Below, in pieces: positions 44,402 through 54,339 of a stretch of 64,000 nucleotides of DNA (positions within the stretch are counted from its first letter, which is position 1; each line of letters opens with the position of its first letter). The notes under the pieces were generated by a model. It did no database searches. It saw only the letters and a program-made list of their open reading frames with translations, and had not been told where the DNA came from. The DNA is from Patescibacteria group bacterium. Lineage in GTDB: Bacteria; Patescibacteriota; Patescibacteriia; PEXW01. A program made the position numbers and the translations under genes. The DNA lies in NCBI GenBank assembly GCA_041665345.1, contig JBAYJA010000001.1, positions 393,206 through 457,205 on the forward strand. Direction: 5' to 3'.

Positions 44402-45565
44402 ATGCCTACAGGTACGCATATCTTCACCTCCGAGTCAGTCACCGAAGGTCACCCAGACAAAGTGTGTGACCAGATTTCCGACGCGATTTACGATGCGATG
44501 GTCAAGCAAGATCCAGACACGCATGCGGGCATTGAGTGCTTTGCCACAACCGGTTTGGTCATGGTTGGCGGAGAAGCGCGCACCACAGCCTACGTGGACA
44601 TTCAAGACGTGGTGCGGAAGACGTTGCACCGCATTGGGTATGATAGTCCGGATTTTGGATTTTGCTATAAAGACATTGGCGTGATCAGTACTTTGCACGA
44701 ACAGTCTCCAGATATTGCCCAAGGTGTGGACGAGGGTGCAGGTGAATTCAAAGAGCAGGGAGCAGGGGATCAAGGGCTGATGTTTGGGTATGCGAGTGAT
44801 GAGACACCAGAATTCATGCCCTTGCCTATTTCGTTGGCGCACAAGCTGGCGCGGAAACTTGCGGAAGTTCGAAAAGATGGGACACTGCCATACCTCCGAC
44901 CAGATGGGAAAACTCAGGTGAGCATTGAGTACGTGGATGGGAAACCCACCCGCGTGGTCACCGTCGTCGTGGCTGCGCATCATGCCGAAGATGTGGACAT
45001 GGCCAAGTTGCGGAAAGATATTACTGAGTTGGTTATCAAACCTATTCTGGGTACCTGGTATAAGCCGGAAACGAAGACGTTCATTAATTCCACAGGGAAG
45101 TTTGTCCTGGGTGGTCCACCAGCTGATGCGGGACTCACAGGCCGAAAAATTATTGTGGATACCTATGGCGGGTCTGCGCCGCACGGGGGTGGGTGCTTCT
45201 CCGGTAAGTGCATTACCAAAGTTGATCGAAGTGCAGCCTACGCTGCCCGGTACATTGCCAAGAATGTTGTGGCCGCTGGTCTGGCCAAGCGCTGCTTAGT
45301 GCAGCTGGCGTACTCCATTGGCGTGGCTGAACCGGTTTCTATCATGCTGGAAACCTACGGCACAGGGACACAGACCGACGAAGTCTTGGCAAAACTGGTT
45401 GCGCAGCACTTTCCCATCAAACCTGCAGACATCATTGCTCAGCTGAACCTGAAGCAGGCGATATATGAGCCGACTGCAGCGTATGGTCACTTTGGTCGCA
45501 CGGACGTCCAATTCCCTTGGGAAAAGCTGGATAAGGTGGAAGTGCTGAAAAAGCACGTCGTATAG
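44402..45565 (+). CDS. metK: S-adenosylmethionine synthetase
   Basis: [29 protein letters not shown]..., full-length MetK. Start given in the ORF-track frame. Confidence 0.92.
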   Translation: MPTGTHIFTSESVTEGHPDKVCDQISDAIYDAMVKQDPDTHAGIECFATTGLVMVGGEARTTAYVDIQDVVRKTLHRIGYDSPDFGFCYKDIGVISTLHEQSPDIAQGVDEGAGEFKEQGAGDQGLMFGYASDETPEFMPLPISLAHKLARKLAEVRKDGTLPYLRPDGKTQVSIEYVDGKPTRVVTVVVAAHHAEDVDMAKLRKDITELVIKPILGTWYKPETKTFINSTGKFVLGGPPADAGLTGRKIIVDTYGGSAPHGGGCFSGKCITKVDRSAAYAARYIAKNVVAAGLAKRCLVQLAYSIGVAEPVSIMLETYGTGTQTDEVLAKLVAQHFPIKPADIIAQLNLKQAIYEPTAAYGHFGRTDVQFPWEKLDKVEVLKKHVV

Positions 45566-45637
45566 TAGTCTCGCATTTTTGGATTTCCGAGCCTATACTA
45601 CGGGTAGGTGGATTTCCTATAGTCTAATGAAACCCCT

Positions 45638-45943
45638 ATGCCCCAAACAGAGGCTCGGAATTACGACATGTTTGTAGAAGCAGAGCGTGCAAAGGAAATG
45701 CAGAAACTGGAACTGCAAGCTGCGCTGCTAGAACTGGCAGAGCAAATTGAAGGTGCCATAACCGAGGCACATTTTCAGGGGTTGATTACAAGAACCGTAG
45801 AGCATTATTTAAAGAAACACCAAATGCAGCTTTCCACAGAAGGACGTGTTTGTATTGCTGAACTAAAGAATCATGGGGAACTGACAGAAACGACAGTTCC
45901 AGGTATTGTTGCACGTATCGTTGAAAGTGCGGAGCCAATCTAA
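45638..45943 (+). CDS. hypothetical small protein
   Basis: 101-aa ORF with a helical prediction and no family. Confidence 0.4.
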   Translation: MPQTEARNYDMFVEAERAKEMQKLELQAALLELAEQIEGAITEAHFQGLITRTVEHYLKKHQMQLSTEGRVCIAELKNHGELTETTVPGIVARIVESAEPI

Positions 45944-46024
45944 TCAAGCCTGGGGGAAAACACACCAGGAGAACCCGCAAGTATGTTGGGGTGCTTGTGG
46001 TATACTTTGCATATAGTATGCCCT

Positions 46025-46663
46025 ATGGCCCACTTAGTTGAAGATCTCATACACAAAGGCGCACTTTCTTCCGAACCGGTGATTGCCGCGTTTCGGAAAG
46101 TTCGACGACAAGATTTTGTGCACCAAGATATGCTTCTACATGCCACGGAAGATACGCCCTTACCCATTGCGCATGGACAAACTATTTCCCAACCAAGTAC
46201 TGTAGCGACGATGCTTGAATTGCTACACGTACAACCTGGCGACCGGGTTCTCGAAGTTGGTTGTGGGTCTGGATGGCTGACTGCTCTACTCGCTGAGCTG
46301 GTAGGCTCTTCAGGTTTTGTCTACGCCATTGATATTATCCCGCAGCTGGTTGACTTGACGATGGAACATTTAGAGAAGTACAAGTTTACCAACGTGGAAG
46401 TGAAGTGGGGGAATGGGTGGGAAGGGAATGTGACCCATGCACCCTACAATCGGATTATTGTTTCCGCCGGCGCGGTTGAAACCCCCAGTGTATTGGTTGA
46501 CCAGCTAGCACGCGGTGGTCGACTGGTCGTTCCTGTGGGTGGGGATGTACAAGATTTAGTTGTCGTTGAGAAACGGAGTGACGGGAAAGTGGATACGGAG
46601 AAGTTTCCTGGTTACCAATTCGTTCCTCTGGTTGGCGAAGTGACGCCAATCAGCATCAAGTGA
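46025..46663 (+). CDS. pcm: protein-L-isoaspartate O-methyltransferase
   Basis: QTISQPSTVATMLELL and LEVGCGSGW motifs; ATG at 46025. Confidence 0.8.
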   Translation: MAHLVEDLIHKGALSSEPVIAAFRKVRRQDFVHQDMLLHATEDTPLPIAHGQTISQPSTVATMLELLHVQPGDRVLEVGCGSGWLTALLAELVGSSGFVYAIDIIPQLVDLTMEHLEKYKFTNVEVKWGNGWEGNVTHAPYNRIIVSAGAVETPSVLVDQLARGGRLVVPVGGDVQDLVVVEKRSDGKVDTEKFPGYQFVPLVGEVTPISIK

Positions 46664-46670
46664 TAATTCT

Positions 46671-47744
46671 ATGTACGCTGTCCTCTTAGCGGGTGGTGGT
46701 GGCACACGGCTCTGGCCTGTGTCTCGTACCAATAATCCAAAGCAGTTTCAACCCTTCTTGGGTTCTAAGACATTGATCCGGGCAACCTACCAGCGCCTGC
46801 GCAAGGGTTTTCCGGTGGAGCGAATCTACGTATCAACGAATGAGCTGCAACGAAAGCTCATTGCTCGGCAACTCCCCAGCGTTCCACTGCGGAACTACAT
46901 TGTCGAACCTGCGAAGCGGGACACCGCGCCAGCCATTGGTTTGGTGGCAACCGTCCTTGCGAAGCAAGACCCAAAGGCAGTTTTTGTTACTGCGAATGTG
47001 GATCACTACATTGAGAAAGAAGCAGCCTACCACCAAGCACTGCGTGCTGCTGGAAAGGTTGTACAGAAACATCCAGATACCATTGCACTTCTCGGTGTGA
47101 ATCCAACATACCCGGAGACTGGGTATGGATACATAAAAATGGGCCGTCCCGCATTCCGAATCGGCAAACAGGAAGTTTTTCACGTCGATCGCTTTGTGGA
47201 AAAACCAGATTTCGCCACGGCCCAAAAGTACCTGAAGCGCTGGGAGTACTTGTGGAATCCAGCCATGTTTGTGTGGCGTGCCAGCACCTTGCTTCACCTT
47301 TTCCAAAAGCACTTACCTCAGCACGCAAAGATTTTGCATCGTATTGGCGCTGCGGTGGGCACACCTCAAGAGCGATCAGTCATTCGTAAAGACTTCCCAA
47401 GCCTCAAGCCAATTTCCATTGACTACGGGATTATTGAAAAAACCAAAGACATGCTGGTGTTGCCGGTGGATTTGGGTTGGGCGGATGTTGGGCACTGGCG
47501 CACGGTGCGAGATGTGCTTCGGGGTTCACCCAAAGCGAACGTTCTTCGCGGCACGCACATTGGCACCGCAGAAAATTGTTTGATCTACGGATACACCAAG
47601 CGGATTATTGCCACCGCCGGTTTGAAAGATATGATCATTGTTGATACCGAGGATGCGCTGCTGGTTTGCCCGGCTGACAAGGCGCAGGATGTGAAGCAGA
47701 TTGTGGATGAACTCAAAGCGAAGAAATTGAAGCGCCTGCTATGA
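46671..47744 (+). CDS. mannose-1-phosphate guanylyltransferase (nucleotidyltransferase domain only)
   Basis: LAGGGGTRLWP sugar-nucleotidyltransferase motif. ManC/GMP-like with no PMI domain. Confidence 0.7.
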   Translation: MYAVLLAGGGGTRLWPVSRTNNPKQFQPFLGSKTLIRATYQRLRKGFPVERIYVSTNELQRKLIARQLPSVPLRNYIVEPAKRDTAPAIGLVATVLAKQDPKAVFVTANVDHYIEKEAAYHQALRAAGKVVQKHPDTIALLGVNPTYPETGYGYIKMGRPAFRIGKQEVFHVDRFVEKPDFATAQKYLKRWEYLWNPAMFVWRASTLLHLFQKHLPQHAKILHRIGAAVGTPQERSVIRKDFPSLKPISIDYGIIEKTKDMLVLPVDLGWADVGHWRTVRDVLRGSPKANVLRGTHIGTAENCLIYGYTKRIIATAGLKDMIIVDTEDALLVCPADKAQDVKQIVDELKAKKLKRLL

Positions 47745-48760
47745 AGAAACTCTGGTGGCTTCTCCTTGCTCTGCCCTTTCTCTTTCTTGTTATTTTCATT
47801 GTGTGGTTTGGGCAGGCGACGTCTGGAGAGGGTCCGCTGCAGAGCCCACAGCAAGTAACCATCACCGCTGGTCAAGGGGTGAATGCCATTGCCGCAGACC
47901 TCTCCGCAAAAACCGTGATTGGTTCTGATCTAGCATTCAAGATCAGTGTTGTGCTGGAAGGCGCACGCAACTCTTTTATTCCGGGAGAGTACACCATCCC
48001 TGCCAAGGCGAATATCCGAAAAGTCATTGAAATTCTCATCAGCACGCCGGAAGCAGAAGAAGTGAGTGTACGGATTCAAGAAGGCTGGACTGCCAGGGAA
48101 ATTGGGGATGCTCTGGAAAAAGCGGGTGTGCTTTCGGCTGACGCATTTGTTACTGCTGTCAGCACCCCGGATTCCCGTACCATTGCGCCAGACCGAACCT
48201 ACGATTTTTTACGCGATAAGCCAGCAACTGCAAACTTGGAAGGGTACTTGTTTCCTGACACGTACAAATTTTTCAAAGATGCAACGGCGAAGCACGTTGT
48301 GCAGAAGTTCTTGGATACCTTTGCATCGAAAGTCTCGGCAACGATTCTTTCTGATATTCGTAGCCAAGGGCGAACCGTCTTCGATGTCGTAACCCTAGCA
48401 AGTATTGTGGATAAAGAAGTTCGGACTGACGCAGACCGTCGCATTGCCGCTGGGGTTTTCTGGACACGCCTGGCGCATGGCATTGCTTTGCAGTCTGACG
48501 CAACGGTGAACTACGTGACTGGGAAGCAAGCCCTCCAGCCAACGAATATCGATCTGAGTACAGCTTCACCGTACAACACGTACCAGAATCGCGGCCTGCC
48601 CCCAGGGCCAATTGGCAACCCAAGTTTTTCCGCTATCCGCGCAACCGCGAACCCCCAAGATTCAGACTACCTCTACTTCCTCACCAAGCCAGACGGCACC
48701 ACGGTCTTCAGCAAAACCTACGAAGAGCACCTGGCCAATAAGCGGAAGTACTTACAGTAG
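47741..48760 (+). CDS. mltG: endolytic murein transglycosylase MltG (YceG-like)
   Basis: TM helix, YLFPDTY, and PYNTYQNRGLPPGPI motifs. Confidence 0.85.
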   Translation: MKKLWWLLLALPFLFLVIFIVWFGQATSGEGPLQSPQQVTITAGQGVNAIAADLSAKTVIGSDLAFKISVVLEGARNSFIPGEYTIPAKANIRKVIEILISTPEAEEVSVRIQEGWTAREIGDALEKAGVLSADAFVTAVSTPDSRTIAPDRTYDFLRDKPATANLEGYLFPDTYKFFKDATAKHVVQKFLDTFASKVSATILSDIRSQGRTVFDVVTLASIVDKEVRTDADRRIAAGVFWTRLAHGIALQSDATVNYVTGKQALQPTNIDLSTASPYNTYQNRGLPPGPIGNPSFSAIRATANPQDSDYLYFLTKPDGTTVFSKTYEEHLANKRKYLQ

Positions 48761-48761
48761 T

Positions 48762-49457
48762 ATGTCCAAAACCCCAATTGTCATTTCGCTTGGTGGCTCG
48801 CTGGTTGTACCAGATGAGCTGAACGTCCGCTTTTTGAAAAAGTTTCGTGCGCTCATTTTGCAATTAGTGAAGCGAGGACAACGGTTCATCCTCATCGTTG
48901 GCGGAGGGAAAGTCGCCCGGCGGTACCAAGCAGCTGCCAGGCAGGTGACCAAGCTCACCCCAGATGACTTGGACTGGCTGGGTATCCACGCCACACGATT
49001 GAACGCTCACCTCTTGCGGACGTTGTTCCGGGATTACGCACATGCGCAAATTATTACCAGCAAAGAGAAGATCAATTCGCGTATCCGATCGAAGATTATA
49101 GTGGCTGCAGGATTTCGACCCGGTTCATCTACAGACTACGACGCCGTGTTGCTTGCCAAAGCTTTTGGCGCACAGACAATCCTCAACCTTTCGAACATTG
49201 ACTACGTCTACGACGCTGATCCGCGCAAGCACCCAAACGCCAAGCCACTGAAGCAGCTGGATTGGCGAACCTTTACGAAACTCGTTGGCACCACCTGGGA
49301 TCCAGGCGCAAACGTACCGTTTGATCCGGTTGCCAGCAAGTGGGCAGCCAAGTGGGGGATGCAGGTGGTCATTACCAGGGGTACGGATTTCGCAAACCTC
49401 CGTGCTTGGTTGGGGCAGGGGAAAGGGAAGGGGACGGTTATTCAAGGAAAGCGGTAG
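48762..49457 (+). CDS. amino-acid-kinase-fold UMP kinase-like protein (archaeal-type PyrH-like)
   Basis: ISLGGSLV...IVGGGKVAR...AAGFRPGSSTD motifs; ATG at 48762. Confidence 0.6.
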   Translation: MSKTPIVISLGGSLVVPDELNVRFLKKFRALILQLVKRGQRFILIVGGGKVARRYQAAARQVTKLTPDDLDWLGIHATRLNAHLLRTLFRDYAHAQIITSKEKINSRIRSKIIVAAGFRPGSSTDYDAVLLAKAFGAQTILNLSNIDYVYDADPRKHPNAKPLKQLDWRTFTKLVGTTWDPGANVPFDPVASKWAAKWGMQVVITRGTDFANLRAWLGQGKGKGTVIQGKR

Positions 49458-49739
49458 GGTAGAGAACTGTAAGCTGTAGAGGTCTTGGAGGTCCGCAACA
49501 ATCTGTCATTGCGAGTGACGTGGCAATCTTGCTGTACCACAGAACCAAGATTACTGCCCGTGCTCTTTTTGCATACCTGGTTTCAATAGCACGGTCTGTC
49601 CATTAGGATTACCACCCCCTACCCCCTCCTTATGCAAGGAGGGGAGGAGTTTCTCTGTTAGCCATACCTTTTGCCCATCCGACACCCCGACCCTTCAACC
49701 CCACTCGCCGCCACACCCAAACCCTACCCTTGACAAGCC

Positions 49740-49888
49740 TATAATTATTGCATAAGCTCCATACACAGCATCCGTAGACCGCAGGTCCCTTTAGGGATAA
49801 TGGCTCAGCCACCTGCGCAGGAAGCACCGCTCAGCTTTTTTGAGCGTTTCCCTGTCTACGCCTGCGTAGGCTATTTTTTTACCCACCT
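49740..49888 (+). promoter_or_regulatory. rplJ (L10) leader with a hairpin/attenuator CTACG-CCTG-CGTAG followed by a T7 run at 49856-49880
   Basis: About 150-nt structured 5' UTR with an upstream TTGACA at 49730 and a terminator-like hairpin 9 nt before the rplJ ATG; consistent with L10(L12)4 autoregulation. Confidence 0.35.
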
Positions 49889-50413
49889 ATGGCAAAATCT
49901 AAACAGCAGAAGCAAGCGACCGTCGCCGGCCTGGAAGCCCAGATTGACGGCATGAAGTCCGTGATTTTTATCGCCACGGATAAGCTTACGGTCAAGGAAG
50001 AAACCAAGCTCCGGCAGCAACTCCGTGCGGGTGGTGTGCCGTTCTCCGTGGTGAAGAAAACCCTGCTCAGCCGTGCATTGGAAGCGAAAGGTATCAAGGC
50101 TGATGGTACCGCGCCTTTCCGGGGCACTATTGCTGCAGCCTTCGGTGTCGCTGATGAAGTGCAACCAGCAGCTTTGCTCAACAGTTTCATGAAGGGCATC
50201 AAGACCGTGAAATTCATGGGCGGGGTGCTCAATGGTCAGTGGATGACCGCGGCCCAAGTCTCCAGCCTGGCAAAACTCCCCAGCAAAGCTGAACTCTTGG
50301 CCAAGTTGGTGGGTACACTGCAAGGTCCAACCCGTGGCTTCGTGGGCGTGCTGGCCGGCCCCATGCGTGGATTTATCCAAGTGCTGAAAGCCAAGGCCGA
50401 AAAAACTTCCTAA
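49889..50413 (+). CDS. rplJ: ribosomal protein L10
   Basis: [18 protein letters not shown]... L10 family. Confidence 0.9.
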   Translation: MAKSKQQKQATVAGLEAQIDGMKSVIFIATDKLTVKEETKLRQQLRAGGVPFSVVKKTLLSRALEAKGIKADGTAPFRGTIAAAFGVADEVQPAALLNSFMKGIKTVKFMGGVLNGQWMTAAQVSSLAKLPSKAELLAKLVGTLQGPTRGFVGVLAGPMRGFIQVLKAKAEKTS

Positions 50414-50450
50414 GCTATTTCCTTTCAATAATTTCTTAACCCAGAAACCT

Positions 50451-50861
50451 ATGTCAGACGAAAAACAGCCAGTCGAAGTGCCAGAGAAGTTCAAAGCCCT
50501 GGTGGAGCAAATTGAGAAGCTCTCCGTGCTAGATCTCTCTGAGCTTGTGAAAGTGCTCGAAGAGAAGTTCGGGGTTTCCGCCGCCGCGCCCATGATGATG
50601 GGTGCCATGCCCGCCGCCGGTGCAGCTGCCGGTGGAGAAGCGGAAGAGAAGTCCACCTTCAACGTGGAACTCACCAGCGCTGGTGGCAGCAAGATTGCGG
50701 TCATCAAAGTCCTGCGCGAAGCAACAGGCAAAGGCCTGAAGGATGCCAAGGACATGGCCGACGCCGCACCAAAAGTGGTGAAGGAAAACGCCAGCAAGGA
50801 AGAAGCAGAAGACCTGAAGAAGAAGCTGGAAGAAGCCGGCGCCACCGTTACTTTGAAGTAA
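50451..50861 (+). CDS. rplL: ribosomal protein L7/L12
   Basis: Ala-rich hinge with C-terminal ...[19 protein letters not shown]... and ...EAGATVTLK. Confidence 0.9.
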   Translation: MSDEKQPVEVPEKFKALVEQIEKLSVLDLSELVKVLEEKFGVSAAAPMMMGAMPAAGAAAGGEAEEKSTFNVELTSAGGSKIAVIKVLREATGKGLKDAKDMADAAPKVVKENASKEEAEDLKKKLEEAGATVTLK

Positions 50862-50874
50862 GCATATCCAGTAA

Positions 50875-50909
50875 GAAAAAAGACCTCTCCAATTGGGGAG
50901 GTCTTTTTG
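50875..50909 (+). terminator. strong intrinsic terminator AAAAAAGACCTCTCC-AATT-GGGGAGGTC-TTTTT
   Basis: Perfect 10-bp stem with a U-run after rplL. Confidence 0.7.
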
Positions 50910-51010
50910 GTAGGAAGAAATAGACCAATAGAACATCGGATATTGACAATCCCCCTTACTTTTTCTAGGGTAAAATGAAACGAAAAGAACCTTAAAAAAC
51001 TGGAGGAAAC

Positions 51011-51943
51011 ATGAGTATAAGAACACTCACGCATCGAAACTTCATTGGCGCTTTGTTTGGTGGTATTGCAGGAATTTTGACCTTCGCCATGGTTGCAGAA
51101 TGGCTACTCCCCGTTGGTCTGCTGCTCGGGGTGGTCACTGGCTTCTGGTACGATGTCATTTTTGAACGCTGCACGAAGCAGTTCTTCGCAGATCTCGCCG
51201 CGGTCTACCTCGCTGTTATCCCACTCCTGGGAATTATGCACCCACTTTGGTTGTGGCAGGGGAGTATGCATGGTGCAACCGGCAACATTGTCATCTCTTG
51301 TGTGCATGCTGCAATTTGCGTGTACACCGCTGTACTAACAATTTGGTTTTGCAGCAATATTGTAAGTCCAAACATGAACAGCCAATTTGAAAATATGTCG
51401 GTTTGGAAGTACATTCGTATGCGAGCAACTTTCTTTACACTGGCACCAATTGTCGGACTACAATTCTTACTGATTTGTGTACTCTGGGTCACTTTTGGCC
51501 TTGCGTACCTAATTGTTGCTGGCATCGCTCTTCCGCCAGTGATATTTCTCCGTAACATGGTTCGGGTGATGGGTCGGTCTGAACATTGGACATGTCTTAC
51601 AGTAACGTTGATTATTACTGGATTGTGTGCCATGTTTCTACGCCCAACGGTTGAAAACCAAATTGTCCTTTGGGTGACTGCGCTTGTTTCTGGTGTACTA
51701 TCTGGCTTGTTCACTATAGCTGTGCAGCACTATGTGGCGCCGTACTTTGGAACGAAGAGAATCATTCAATCTTGGATGCAGTCGGGAACACTCAAGTCTG
51801 AGTGGAAAAATCGATGGACGCAATTGGCTCTCATAGATCGACTTTCAGTTCTTACGCTTACAAAGCGAGTTTGCGAAGTACTCGATGGGTATAAAGAAAT
51901 TCTTTGGCCGAAAGAGTCAGAACCGAAACCTGAAAATGCATAA
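51011..51943 (+). CDS. polytopic membrane protein (about 8 TM), hypothetical
   Basis: RBS GGAGGAAAC; hydrophobic throughout; lower GC. Confidence 0.55.
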   Translation: MSIRTLTHRNFIGALFGGIAGILTFAMVAEWLLPVGLLLGVVTGFWYDVIFERCTKQFFADLAAVYLAVIPLLGIMHPLWLWQGSMHGATGNIVISCVHAAICVYTAVLTIWFCSNIVSPNMNSQFENMSVWKYIRMRATFFTLAPIVGLQFLLICVLWVTFGLAYLIVAGIALPPVIFLRNMVRVMGRSEHWTCLTVTLIITGLCAMFLRPTVENQIVLWVTALVSGVLSGLFTIAVQHYVAPYFGTKRIIQSWMQSGTLKSEWKNRWTQLALIDRLSVLTLTKRVCEVLDGYKEILWPKESEPKPENA

Positions 51944-51954
51944 ATAACTCATTT

Positions 51955-51981
51955 AGCGGACTCACTTGAGTCCGCTTTTTT
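51955..51981 (+). terminator. intrinsic terminator AGCGGACTC-ACTT-GAGTCCGCT with a T6 run
   Basis: Perfect 9-bp stem. Confidence 0.65.
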
Positions 51982-52057
51982 ATGCTTGACCAAACCCGTG
52001 CTTCCTTTATACTGTAATGCTAACCGAAAGGAAAAAATACAAAATTGCGGAGGAAAT

Positions 52058-52246
52058 ATGGCTCAGCAAAAAAAGTGCAAAGGTTGTGGTAAAGTCCTGA
52101 GTATGGGTCAAAGTCACAATTGTCCCCGGCTGGATGGACGTACCATAAGCTACAATGATGACAGCTTTCTGGAAATCCTTGCTGACCTGGGTACTGCCGT
52201 TATCGATGCAGCAGCAGATATTGATTTCGACTTCGATATTGACTGA
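52058..52246 (+). CDS. 62-aa zinc-ribbon mini-protein with an acidic DIDFDFDID tail, as an autonomous transcription unit
   Basis: Own promoter TTGACC-N16-TATACT (51986-52013), RBS GGAGGAAAT, CKGCGK...CPRL ribbon, and own terminator at 52257-52289. Confidence 0.5.
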   Translation: MAQQKKCKGCGKVLSMGQSHNCPRLDGRTISYNDDSFLEILADLGTAVIDAAADIDFDFDID

Positions 52247-52256
52247 GCGAACCTTC

Positions 52257-52289
52257 GCGAACCCCACCAGGGTTCGCCTTTCTTTTTTT
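52257..52289 (+). terminator. intrinsic terminator GCGAACCC-CACCA-GGGTTCGC followed by a T-rich run
   Basis: 8-bp stem with TTTCTTTTTTT. Confidence 0.6.
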
Positions 52290-52353
52290 GAGAGGTTTAG
52301 CGCTTGACAAAGGCATGTCCTTATGAGAGGCTTTTGGGAACATAAATACCCAC

Positions 52354-52896
52354 ATGAGGATAGGTATGCGAAGTACATTACTACAGTGCTTTTTTACATG
52401 GCGAGTGAAAACAGCAAATGAAGCAGAGTTAGCTAAGGCAGATGTGATTTTGGTGCAATCATTTGGCCTTCGGTCAGATTCCTCAGGAAAGAGCAACCAT
52501 ATGCTCGCTGCTATAGTTTATCGGTTGCATCATGAGTTGCACATTCCGATCATCGCACAGCATGAAGTGGCAGACTACCTGCCTGAACCGCCGCTCTACG
52601 TTATCCAAAAGCACAGGGTAGCAGGGGAGTACCTTGATACGTTTGAGGTCATGGCACAGAGTTATGATGTCTGCGTGCAGCATGCATTCACAAATCCAAT
52701 TATCGTCGCGCACCCAGACCATCAGTGGCGGGTGATGAAAGTCAGCGAGCGGTTTGGTCTGCATCCACTAGCCGCCGATGTTACGCTTGTGCCGTATGAT
52801 TGGCTATCGATCCAGTGGTGGACACGGAGGAAAGCGTTTTTCATTTTTCGGGAGCTTCTCGCCCGGTTAAAGTACTGGAAAGAGGGGAAGATCTAA
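52354..52896 (+). CDS. hypothetical protein (weak DUF218/YdcF-like pattern)
   Basis: ADVILVQSFGLRSD...IPIIAQHEVADYL loosely resembles DUF218; not secure. Confidence 0.4.
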   Translation: MRIGMRSTLLQCFFTWRVKTANEAELAKADVILVQSFGLRSDSSGKSNHMLAAIVYRLHHELHIPIIAQHEVADYLPEPPLYVIQKHRVAGEYLDTFEVMAQSYDVCVQHAFTNPIIVAHPDHQWRVMKVSERFGLHPLAADVTLVPYDWLSIQWWTRRKAFFIFRELLARLKYWKEGKI

Positions 52897-52954
52897 GGTA
52901 TGCGAGGTCTCAACAGGCCTCGCTTTTTTATACCGATGATGTTACTTTTTACTC

Positions 52955-53671
52955 ATGCAGGCGCACACGAAAGTTCTATTCAAAAATGCGACATCTAAGA
53001 AGGCGTTGCTGTACATCTTCCTGTACATAGTCTTCATTGTCGTCGTTGCCTTCTTGGCGAAAGCCTACATTGACCGAGAGCAACTTCGGGTCTTCATCGA
53101 CGATACAGGCACGTTGGGCATGCTCGTCTTTGGCGTACTTGAATACCTGTATGTGGTTTTTGTGCCCATCAACACCACAATTCATCTCATTGCCGGGTAC
53201 CTTTTTGGCGGGAATGTCGGGTGGGTATTCAATTTTGTAACCACCACTGCTGGACTATTCACCATTGTGCTGCTGGTGAAAAAGTATGGCCGGCCGCTCC
53301 TCATGAAGATTGTTTCGCCACATTTCTTAGAGCAGTACGATGCGCTTGCGGCTAAGATTGGACCCTTCACCCTGTTTGCTTTTTACGTCCTCCCCCTTTT
53401 CCCTGATGATGAATTAACCTACGTTGTTGCCGCTGCCAATATTCGATTTTCTCGGTTTGTCCTGCCAATTCTTTTTGGGAATATCACCAAGGCGGCAATA
53501 AGTTACGTCGGTGCTGAAGGTGGGGGTGGTTTTCGTCTTGCACTTGGTTCCAGAGTAGTTGTCTTTGTGATTGGGGGAATTTGCATTGGTCTGCAAGAGT
53601 ACTGGGTGCAACGCAGACAAAGGAAGTTGGAGCAGAGGGATAGTCGCGCTTTGCATAAAGGGGGAGCTTAG
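52955..53671 (+). CDS. DedA/VTT-domain membrane protein
   Basis: GYLFGG...G...GRPLL DedA signature and 5-6 TM helices. Confidence 0.75.
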   Translation: MQAHTKVLFKNATSKKALLYIFLYIVFIVVVAFLAKAYIDREQLRVFIDDTGTLGMLVFGVLEYLYVVFVPINTTIHLIAGYLFGGNVGWVFNFVTTTAGLFTIVLLVKKYGRPLLMKIVSPHFLEQYDALAAKIGPFTLFAFYVLPLFPDDELTYVVAAANIRFSRFVLPILFGNITKAAISYVGAEGGGGFRLALGSRVVVFVIGGICIGLQEYWVQRRQRKLEQRDSRALHKGGA

Positions 53672-53712
53672 GTCAGGTAGGAAGATAGCTTTGGGAGCAA
53701 TTTTTCTTCTTC

Positions 53713-53741
53713 TTGACCTTCGGCTATTCTTCGGTTATACT
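53713..53741 (+). promoter_or_regulatory. promoter TTGACC-N17-TATACT whose spacer is TTCGGCTATTCTTCGGT (TTCGG-N6-TTCGG), the same direct repeat as in the lexA promoter spacer
   Basis: Read directly from the sequence. Strong RBS GGGAGG and the ATG at 53755 follow. Confidence 0.5.
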
Positions 53742-53754
53742 GGGAGGTAGCAAT

Positions 53755-54012
53755 ATGCTGCTTTTCCACGAACAACCTAAGGCTAAGGTTCGAGTCTTCG
53801 TTGACTGCAACAAGCAGGTAGTAAAGCCTGTAGCCTTCTTTTGGGGTGGGAAACGGTATGACGTCTGCAACGTGAACCTGGTGTACCAGCGGCGGCGAGG
53901 GGATCGGTATGATCTCTGTTTTGCTGTGTCGGACGAGGCGAATGCGTACGTGCTCAGCTGCAACCCGGAGAATCTCGAATGGACGTTGGAGGAGGTGCGG
54001 GGGGAAGGGTGA
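53755..54012 (+). CDS. 85-aa hypothetical protein behind the TTCGG-N6-TTCGG-containing promoter (candidate SOS-regulated gene)
   Basis: MLLFHEQPKAKVRVFVDCNKQVV...; basic with 4 Cys and no recognisable family. Confidence 0.45.
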   Translation: MLLFHEQPKAKVRVFVDCNKQVVKPVAFFWGGKRYDVCNVNLVYQRRRGDRYDLCFAVSDEANAYVLSCNPENLEWTLEEVRGEG

Positions 54013-54339
54013 GGAAGCGGCTAACGGAATACGGTATCGCAGCCCGTATCGGATAGCGTTTAGTCGAAGTGGTTATACGGTACGTTAGCCGAAATCCGAT
54101 ACCGTAAACCGATACCTGCCTGCGCGAAGCCGCTCCGGCCACCAGCCCAGTGGGCGAAGGCAGGCGGTTGGCGACACCTTCCACCGTATGCCGAGTATAA
54201 AAATACGGCCCACATCACTTTACGTAATGCAGGCCGTTCAATGCCGAACCTCGGTGAAACTGAAACGGTTTGTAATCAACGAGATCGACCGATAGTAGCA
54301 ATCTACACTTTACGTAGAAGTTGTCAATAACGTCTATTT

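Noticed and set aside
44272-45565. Apparent +1/-1 frame inconsistency in metK by hand-count
   Set aside because: The ORF track gives one continuous 430-codon frame. The discrepancy is a 1-nt ambiguity in my manual counting between ~43400 and ~44900, not evidence of a frameshift.
49871-51034. 387-aa minus-strand ORF
   Set aside because: Antisense to rplJ-rplL and crosses their terminator; low-complexity product.
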